In this document: piece after piece, positions 47,650-53,818 of the stretch
How positions within the stretch are numbered: the stretch's first letter is position 1
Layout of the letters: the number at the start of each line of letters is the position of its first letter
Assembly (NCBI GenBank): GCA_903825565.1
Contig: CAIKBD010000488.1
Location: 1-53,818, forward strand
From: an uncultured Anaerolineales bacterium
GTDB lineage: Bacteria; Chloroflexota; Anaerolineae; UBA4142
Reading direction: 5' to 3'
Length of the DNA: 53,818 bases
Translations under genes and position numbers: made by a program
Notes under the pieces: model-generated
What the model saw: only the letters and a program-made list of their open reading frames with translations
Database searches by the model: none
Told to the model about the DNA's origin: nothing

Positions 47650-50600
47650 ATGCTTCGCTCTTACGCGGCACCCAAGGATGGCACTATTTATATGTCTACG
47701 GTAACGCAGTCCGCGCATTTGGAATGTCCGCCGGATCGCGCCGATCTGACTCGGCTTATTGCCGCCGTTTTGCGAATCAATCGTTCGTTCGAACTCACCG
47801 AAATCCTCGCCGCCAGTCTGGAAAGCATGGGCGATGCCCTGCGTTGTGATCTTGGGTGTCTTTTCCTCTTTGGCTCCGCTCAACGCGTCGTCGAGTTGAA
47901 AAACGTTTGCGGTTTGTCGCCCGCCTTGTACGAACAGCTCGCGCATGTGACGCTCGATTACGATGTCTACGCGCGTTTGCCGGACGCGGAGCGGCAAATG
48001 CGGCTCCCTGCCGAGTTGAGTTCCCAAGTTCGCCAAATTTTTGATCAGCACGACATTCGCACTGTGTGCTTGATTCCACTGACCGCGCGCGAGAAAGCCG
48101 TCGGGCTAATCGCGCTTGCCGCGTCGAGTTTGACGTTGGCGCAACCGGATTTGGATTTGCTCTGGTCTATCGGCGAGCAGGTAGGCATGACTGTTGAGAA
48201 CGCGCGCGCGTGTGCCGCGTTGAAAGAATCGGAAGCGTGGGCGCGCACGTTCATCGAAAAAAGCCCCGATGGTTTTATCGAATGTTCAGTCAGCGACGGG
48301 CGCATCTTGTACGTCAATGACGCGCTATGTGATTTGCTCGAAACCGACCGCGCGACGATCCTGCAAATGCCTATCTTTGACTTTATCGGTGAGAATGTCG
48401 TGTCCGCCGAAGCCAGCGCGGACGGGCGGCAACCGATTTACCCCACGCATCGCCAAACCTGGGTCAAGTTGCCCAACGGCAAAACCAAAAAAGTCGCCGT
48501 GTCCAACCATTTTGTGCGGCAGGGGCAGGGACACGCAATCCGCTTTCAATCCATCGTGCGCGATATCAGTCAGCAGGATCAAACGCTCGAATCGCTGAAT
48601 CGGCGCAACCAAGAGCTTGCCGCGTTGAACGCCATCGGTAGCATCTTGAGCCACCCGCTTGAATTAGAGCGCGCGCTCGATCAAGTATGCGAGCAAATTG
48701 TGTCCATCATCGGGATGGACAGTGTGTCGTTGTATCTCGTGGACGGCACGCGGCAATACCTCGACTTGCTGGCGTGGCGCGGCATCGGCGAAGATTTGTT
48801 GGGGCAAATTCGCCGGCTCGGTTTGGATGATCCGGTGACGCGCCAAATTGCGGCGGAAGGCAATTTTTTCGCGCTGGATGATGTGGCGGCGTATGCCGGC
48901 ACATCGGGGGCGGGTCCCCGCGCGGCTGGGTATCACGCTGGAATCGGCGTGCCGATTCGCCGCCACAATGAGCCGATTGGCGCGATCTTTGTCGGCAGTA
49001 AAACGAAAATGCGCTACGAACAGTCCGATGTGGATTTACTGATCAACATTGGCGGGCAAATTGCCGTCGCGCTCGAAAATCGCGATCTGTACACGGCGAT
49101 GCAAGAGCGCGTTGCCGAGTTGGACGGCTTGGCGCAATTCAGCGCGGTGTGCGCCAGCCAACTCGACACCCGCGCCATTGGCAACATCGCGGTGGAGTGG
49201 ACGCAGAAATTTTTGACGGTGGATATGTGCAGCGTGCGCTTGGTAGAAGGCGAGACCCAACGGCTCATCGCCAGTTATACCAGGAACGGGGTGCCGTTGC
49301 TGGAGCAGTTGCCGATTGATCACGTGACCCGGTCTATGCTGACGCAGCGACGCCCGGTTGTGTTTTCAGATTTTCCAGCCGATCCGTCGGAATCTCCCAT
49401 CATTCAGGCGGCGCTGCGCCAAGCCAAGCCGCGCGCCGGTTTACTCGTGCCTCTGCCGGGTCACACTCACCCTATCGGCATGTTGAGCGTTGGCAAGAAC
49501 CAAGCCCACGTGTGGACGCAACGCGAAATCAATCTGATGCGGACGCTCGCCAACCAAGTTGGTGTGGCGCTTGCCAACGCCAGTCTCTACGAACAAGTCC
49601 GGCGGCGCGCCGAGGAGTTGGACGGCTTGGCGCAACTCAGCGCGGCATTCGTCACAACGCTCGATCCCAAAACCATTTCCGAATTAGCGGTAACTTGGAC
49701 GCGTAAATTGATCCCTGCGCAGATTTGCTCGGTTCGGCTAGTCAAAGACCATGCGTTGCAACTTGCCGCCCGGTATACCGAGTTGGACAACCTGTTCGCG
49801 GAAGAACTGGTTTTGGACGAGGCTCTGTTGCAACACGCGCACAATCGCGCGGTGTATGCCATCTCCGACCGCGACGATCCGCAACTGCCCGCAGCGCATC
49901 GCCAAATTTTGCTTGACCTTCATGCCAGTGCGGCGTTGCTCGCGCCGTTGCCCACTTCGGATCGCGTGCTGGGTTTTATCAGTATTGCGTACCGCGAGCC
50001 GCACGCGTGGTCGGTGTACGAAATCGGTTTGCTCCAAACGATTGCGAATCAAACGGCGAACGCGTTGGACAATGCGTTGCTCTTTCAACGCGTGATGAAT
50101 GAACAGCGCAAGGTGCAGGCGATCTTCGATAGCGGCTTGAGCGGCTTGTTTGCGACGGACGCCGCCGGGCGGATTGTCATGTTTAACCGCGCGGCGGAAC
50201 GCATTACGGGCTGGAGCCGCCACCACGTCGAGATGCGCCAATGGGACGAAGTGTTTTCCCAGCCCAATGATGAAGCCGCGTTCAAATCGCTGATCAACGA
50301 AGCCCTCCAACACCGGCGCAATGTGTATGTGCCGAGTGGACGCAAAATGCGGACGCGTGATGGGCGCGTCATTCCCGTTGCCCAAGCCATCGCCCCGCTG
50401 TTCGATGAGCAGAGCAACATCGCCGGCGCGGTCGGCGCATTCTGGGATCTGACGAAAGAACAGTTATCCGAACTCGAACACGAAAATTTCTTGACGCTCG
50501 TCGCGCATCAACTCCGCTCGCCGCTGACGACGGTGTTGAGCGCGTTGGAATTGCTCGACCGGCGCGATTTGCCGAGCGCGCGCCGGAAAGAATTATGGAC

Positions 50601-51147
50601 GCTGATTCAAGCGGAAGGCACGCGTCTCAAAGCGTTCGCCGATCAATTTTTGGATCGGCAAGCGGCGGTGCGGTCGGCGTTGCCGTTGCGGTTTGAAACG
50701 TTTTCGGTGGTCATGCTGGCGCGGCAACTGACCAAAGAATTTCAGGCGCGGTGCGCCAGCCCGCGTTTTTTCGTGCGCTATGTGCATCCCGAACCGCTGG
50801 CATTTGCGGATCGCCAACGCGTCGAGAACGTACTGCGGAATTTGCTCGACAATGCCGTGACGTATGCGCCCGCCGGCAAACGCGTGACGGTGGCGATCAA
50901 AGCCGAGAATGTCGAACAGATCAAAGTAACGGTGCGCGATCAGGGACCCGGTATTCCCTTCGCCGCGCAAGAACACATCTTTACCCCGTTCTATCGTTCC
51001 ACCTTGCCGGTTGACCGAAGCGTGTACGGGCATGGACTGGGGCTGGCAATTGCCAAGGAAATGGTGACGGCGATGGAAGGTAAAATTTGGTTAGACTCGG
51101 GGCGGCGCGGCACGGCGTTTCATTTTACTTTACGGAGGGCGCAATGA
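47650..51147 (+). CDS. Soluble multi-GAF/PAS sensor histidine kinase
   Basis: GAF-PAS-GAF-GAF-GAF-PAS architecture, H-box AHQLRSPLT, NLLDNA, DQGPGI, FTPFYR, GHGLGL. Start may be ATG 47692. Confidence 0.9.
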   Translation: MLRSYAAPKDGTIYMSTVTQSAHLECPPDRADLTRLIAAVLRINRSFELTEILAASLESMGDALRCDLGCLFLFGSAQRVVELKNVCGLSPALYEQLAHVTLDYDVYARLPDAERQMRLPAELSSQVRQIFDQHDIRTVCLIPLTAREKAVGLIALAASSLTLAQPDLDLLWSIGEQVGMTVENARACAALKESEAWARTFIEKSPDGFIECSVSDGRILYVNDALCDLLETDRATILQMPIFDFIGENVVSAEASADGRQPIYPTHRQTWVKLPNGKTKKVAVSNHFVRQGQGHAIRFQSIVRDISQQDQTLESLNRRNQELAALNAIGSILSHPLELERALDQVCEQIVSIIGMDSVSLYLVDGTRQYLDLLAWRGIGEDLLGQIRRLGLDDPVTRQIAAEGNFFALDDVAAYAGTSGAGPRAAGYHAGIGVPIRRHNEPIGAIFVGSKTKMRYEQSDVDLLINIGGQIAVALENRDLYTAMQERVAELDGLAQFSAVCASQLDTRAIGNIAVEWTQKFLTVDMCSVRLVEGETQRLIASYTRNGVPLLEQLPIDHVTRSMLTQRRPVVFSDFPADPSESPIIQAALRQAKPRAGLLVPLPGHTHPIGMLSVGKNQAHVWTQREINLMRTLANQVGVALANASLYEQVRRRAEELDGLAQLSAAFVTTLDPKTISELAVTWTRKLIPAQICSVRLVKDHALQLAARYTELDNLFAEELVLDEALLQHAHNRAVYAISDRDDPQLPAAHRQILLDLHASAALLAPLPTSDRVLGFISIAYREPHAWSVYEIGLLQTIANQTANALDNALLFQRVMNEQRKVQAIFDSGLSGLFATDAAGRIVMFNRAAERITGWSRHHVEMRQWDEVFSQPNDEAAFKSLINEALQHRRNVYVPSGRKMRTRDGRVIPVAQAIAPLFDEQSNIAGAVGAFWDLTKEQLSELEHENFLTLVAHQLRSPLTTVLSALELLDRRDLPSARRKELWTLIQAEGTRLKAFADQFLDRQAAVRSALPLRFETFSVVMLARQLTKEFQARCASPRFFVRYVHPEPLAFADRQRVENVLRNLLDNAVTYAPAGKRVTVAIKAENVEQIKVTVRDQGPGIPFAAQEHIFTPFYRSTLPVDRSVYGHGLGLAIAKEMVTAMEGKIWLDSGRRGTAFHFTLRRAQ

Positions 51148-51842
51148 AAACGAAACCTCGCATTTTGATCGTGGATGATGACGACGCGTTACGCAAGGTG
51201 TTGCACTTGTTGCTCGAAGCGGAAGGGTTTGCCGTACTCGAAGCCGCCAGCGGCGAAGAGGGTTTGCGGTTGGCGGGTAGTACGTCGGTGGACTTGATCT
51301 TGCTGGATATTATGATGCCCGAAATGGACGGTCGCCAAATTTGCCAACGCCTGCGCGAAACATCCACCGTGCCGATCATCATGCTCACGTGCATTTCCAG
51401 CGAGCGCGAAAAAGTGGAGCGGCTGAACCAGGGCGCGGACGATTACGTGACCAAACCGTACCGCAACGACGAACTCATCGCGCGCATCCGCGCGATTTTG
51501 CGGCGCACGCGGCGCGATCCCGAAAGTGTGGGCCGCGTGTACGACGACGGCTTTTTGCGCTTTAATCTCGATCTGCGCCAAGTCTACGTCGAAAACCAAC
51601 TCGTCAATCTCGCGCCCAAGCAATGGCATCTGTTCGAGTGCTTGGTCAAGAACCATCGTTGCACGTTGAGCCACGAAACGCTATTGCGTACGGTCTGGGG
51701 CGCGGAATACCTCAACTCGATCAGTTATCTCAAGGTGCAGATTTCGCACCTGCGCGATAAACTGCACGAGTCGGCGCACGCGTCACGCTACATTCACACC
51801 GTGCGCGATCAGGGGTATCGCTTTGCGCCGCCCGACAAGTAA
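51144..51842 (+). CDS. OmpR-family response regulator (KdpE-like)
   Basis: ILIVDDD, LLDIMMP, GADDYVTKP, winged helix (VWG, LRDKL, GYRF); ATGA overlap with the kinase. Confidence 0.93.
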   Translation: MKTKPRILIVDDDDALRKVLHLLLEAEGFAVLEAASGEEGLRLAGSTSVDLILLDIMMPEMDGRQICQRLRETSTVPIIMLTCISSEREKVERLNQGADDYVTKPYRNDELIARIRAILRRTRRDPESVGRVYDDGFLRFNLDLRQVYVENQLVNLAPKQWHLFECLVKNHRCTLSHETLLRTVWGAEYLNSISYLKVQISHLRDKLHESAHASRYIHTVRDQGYRFAPPDK

Positions 51843-51877
51843 CGCCGCGCATTGGTGCGCCCCACAAAAAAATCTAG

Positions 51878-52558
51878 TCACTCGCCAACCTTGCCCAACT
51901 CTGTTGCGGCAAGGTTTTTGATCGGCGCGAAGGAGACGCGATGCGCCGGCGACGCACCCAGGTTCTCAAGCGCGGCGCGATGCGCGGCGGTGCCGTACCC
52001 TTTGTGTTGCGCGAATCCATAGCCGGGAAACTGCACGTCCAGCTCGCGCAGCTGCCGGTCGCGCGTCACTTTGGCGAGGATGGACGCGCACGCTATCGAA
52101 AGCGCGAGTTGATCGCCGCGAATGATCGCCTGTTGCGGAAGTTGAATCGCCGGCAGAGTGAGCGCGTCAATCACCAACGCGTCCGGCGGAATAGTGAGCG
52201 CGGCGAGTGCGCGTTGCATCGCCAACCGCGTGGCAGGCACGATGCCGAGCGCATCAATCTCTTCGTGCGAAGCCGCGCCGGTGGCGGCGGCAAGCGCAAC
52301 CGTACGGATCGGCTCGAACAAGGCATCGCGTTGCGCCGGCGAAAGCAGTTTGGAATCGCGTGCGCGCGCGAGGTCGCGGAGCGCCGCATCCGTCCACCAT
52401 TCTTTCACGCGGCGCGGGTGCGGCAAAATGACTGCGCCGGCGACGACAGGACCCGCCCACGCGCCGCGGCCGGCTTCATCCACGCCGGCGACGTGCGCGA
52501 GTTGGCGTACCCACAGCGCGCGCTCAAATGCGAGCGATGGAATCGGCGCAGGCATCAA
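51878..52558 (-). CDS. rnhB: Ribonuclease HII
   Basis: AGVDEAGRGAWAGPVVA, DSKLL, SIACASILAKVTRD, HKGYGT, HR.SF. Confidence 0.95.
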   Translation of the reverse strand: MMPAPIPSLAFERALWVRQLAHVAGVDEAGRGAWAGPVVAGAVILPHPRRVKEWWTDAALRDLARARDSKLLSPAQRDALFEPIRTVALAAATGAASHEEIDALGIVPATRLAMQRALAALTIPPDALVIDALTLPAIQLPQQAIIRGDQLALSIACASILAKVTRDRQLRELDVQFPGYGFAQHKGYGTAAHRAALENLGASPAHRVSFAPIKNLAATELGKVGE

Positions 52559-53007
52559 TAAATTACGCAGGTGAACGCGCGAGCGACGATTCGCAAATCG
52601 CGCGGGTGGAATAAATAGTACGCGTCGCGCAAGTGCGGTTCGGGAATGGCGGGCGGCTCGGTCGGCGAAAGGCGGGTGCGCGGAATGGCGGTGGCGGGCT
52701 TGGGCGACAGAATGGCTTGCCAGTACGTTTCGTTTGCGTCCACCGGTTCATTGTCCGGCGGCTTGCCGTCGCGCTTGCCGCCGATGCAGGCGAACGGGTT
52801 GCGGTCGCCGTACCGTTTCGCCACGTCACTGCCTTTTACCTGGCGCACCTCTTTCACATCCCAGTTCGCGCGGTTGCGGGACGATGTGAACGGGATGAAA
52901 TCCTGCCACGCGCTTTCGACGATTTGGCTTTCGGCGCTCGGTGTGGCTGGGGCGGTGCAGGCGGGGAGCAGGAGAAGGAGGATGAGGAGTGTGAGCGATT
53001 TAGACAT
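52555..53007 (-). CDS. Hypothetical lipoprotein
   Basis: SD GGAGG, signal peptide ending LLLPAC, Pro-rich, two additional Cys. Confidence 0.65.
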   Translation of the reverse strand: MSKSLTLLILLLLLPACTAPATPSAESQIVESAWQDFIPFTSSRNRANWDVKEVRQVKGSDVAKRYGDRNPFACIGGKRDGKPPDNEPVDANETYWQAILSPKPATAIPRTRLSPTEPPAIPEPHLRDAYYLFHPRDLRIVARAFTCVIY

Positions 53008-53026
53008 TGTGCCTCCGATAAACAAA

Positions 53027-53070
53027 AAGCCGCAAAACCCACTTGCTTGAGAAAGTGAATCTTGCGGCTT
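53027..53070 (-). terminator. Probable rho-independent terminator after rplS
   Basis: AAGCCGCAA...TTGCGGCTT stem followed by a T-rich tract on the minus strand. Confidence 0.55.
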
Positions 53071-53086
53071 GCTTATTTCGAGCGAT

Positions 53087-53491
53087 TTACTCTTTGGGCG
53101 CTTCAGCGGGCTTTTCCGCCGGCGCGGCGCTGGTAGGTTCGACCATGCGCTTTTCTTTCAGGCGCGCGGCTTTGCCATGCAGACCACGCAGGTAGTAGAG
53201 TTGCGCGCGGCGGACGTGCGTGTGTCCCGCCACTTCCACTTTTTCCACGCGCGGCGAGTTGAGCAGGAACGTGCGCTCGACGCCGATGCCGTGCGTGGCG
53301 ATGCGGCGCACGGTGAAACCGGCATTGGGTCCCTTGCCCTTGCGGAGGCGCATCACGGTACCTTGAAAGACCTGAATGCGTTCGCGATCCCCTTCGACGA
53401 TGCGGGTGTGCACTTTGACGCGGTCGCCCGGGTGGAGTTCCGGAATATTCGGGTTCGCTTCACGTTTCGTTACGGCATGTACGAGGTTCAT
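53087..53491 (-). CDS. rplS: 50S ribosomal protein L19
   Basis: PGDRVKVH..IVEG.RERIQVFQG, FTVR...GIGVERTF, VRRAQLYYLR...GKAAR. Confidence 0.97.
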   Translation of the reverse strand: MNLVHAVTKREANPNIPELHPGDRVKVHTRIVEGDRERIQVFQGTVMRLRKGKGPNAGFTVRRIATHGIGVERTFLLNSPRVEKVEVAGHTHVRRAQLYYLRGLHGKAARLKEKRMVEPTSAAPAEKPAEAPKE

Positions 53492-53603
53492 TTTCGTTCA
53501 CCTTCCATTTGAAATCAGTAATTGGGCAATCGGTCAACCAGTCAACCGCTAACCGATTGACGGATCGCCGGATTGACTGAGCCATTTCCAAAGCGCGGGG
53601 GCG

Positions 53604-53632
53604 ATTATAACATCAAACCCTAAATCGCGCAA
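53604..53632 (-). promoter_or_regulatory. sigma70 promoter of rplS
   Basis: Minus strand TTGCGC-17 nt-TATAAT with extended -10 TG. Confidence 0.65.
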
Positions 53633-53674
53633 AACCAAACCCCAGAGCCAACTGCTCCGGGGTTGAACGAACCA

Positions 53675-53758
53675 TGCCGAGCCAGGGACTTGAACCCTGA
53701 TGAACTTACGTTCACACGCCCCTGAAACGTGCGCGTCTGCCAATTCCGCCAGCTCGGC
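53675..53758 (-). tRNA. tRNA-Leu (anticodon CAG), long variable arm, CCA not encoded
   Basis: GCCGAGC acceptor stem, TGGCGGAATTGGCAGACGC D-arm, CACGT-TTCAGGG-GCGTG anticodon arm, GGTTCAAGTCC T-arm. Confidence 0.95.
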
Positions 53759-53768
53759 GTTCGAGTGC

Positions 53769-53796
53769 ATTGTATTCACATCGCGCGTTTTGTCAA
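53769..53796 (-). promoter_or_regulatory. sigma70 promoter of tRNA-Leu
   Basis: Minus strand TTGACA-16 nt-TACAAT. Confidence 0.65.
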
Positions 53797-53818
53797 ACAA
53801 TCGAGACGACGGATCGCC

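Noticed and set aside
53675-53758. tRNA-Sec (selC) candidate, given the long variable arm and TTCA in the loop
   Set aside because: The 7-nt loop TTCAGGG centres on CAG, the acceptor stem is 7 bp and the D-arm is Leu-type, so it is tRNA-Leu.

Overview
A 53.8-kb high-GC bacterial chromosome window. Lipoproteins with Pro/Thr/Ala 'EPTKAP' linkers suggest Chloroflexota (Anaerolineae-like), but this is inference. The flanks are housekeeping: mutS2 and a GAF-HD-GYP gene on the left; a multi-GAF/PAS two-component system, rnhB, rplS and tRNA-Leu(CAG) on the right. They enclose a ~35-kb accessory catabolic region (3.9-39.5 kb) with LysR, a Dpp/Opp ABC importer, two paralogous unknown alpha/beta-hydrolase-like proteins, three MBL hydrolases, a sugar kinase/isomerase/dehydrogenase block, a TAXI-TRAP transporter and two MFS permeases. 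A ROK-regulated sugar-ABC/ArgH-like operon follows, interrupted by a TumE/TumA-like toxin-antitoxin pair. The key observation is a cluster of four paralogous ~560-580-aa proteins (26788-36999). Three carry an in-frame TGA at the same position (U-G-S/T-C), followed by SECIS-like hairpins; the fourth has Cys there (C-G-C). The ORF track splits each of the three into two fragments. They are best read as UGSC-type selenoproteins whose Sec motif matches the GrdB/PrdB reductase active site in pattern and spacing. They sit with transporters, lactonases and a dehydrogenase, suggesting an uncharacterised selenium-dependent catabolic/reductive system. No Sec machinery, integrase, transposase or CRISPR is visible in the window.
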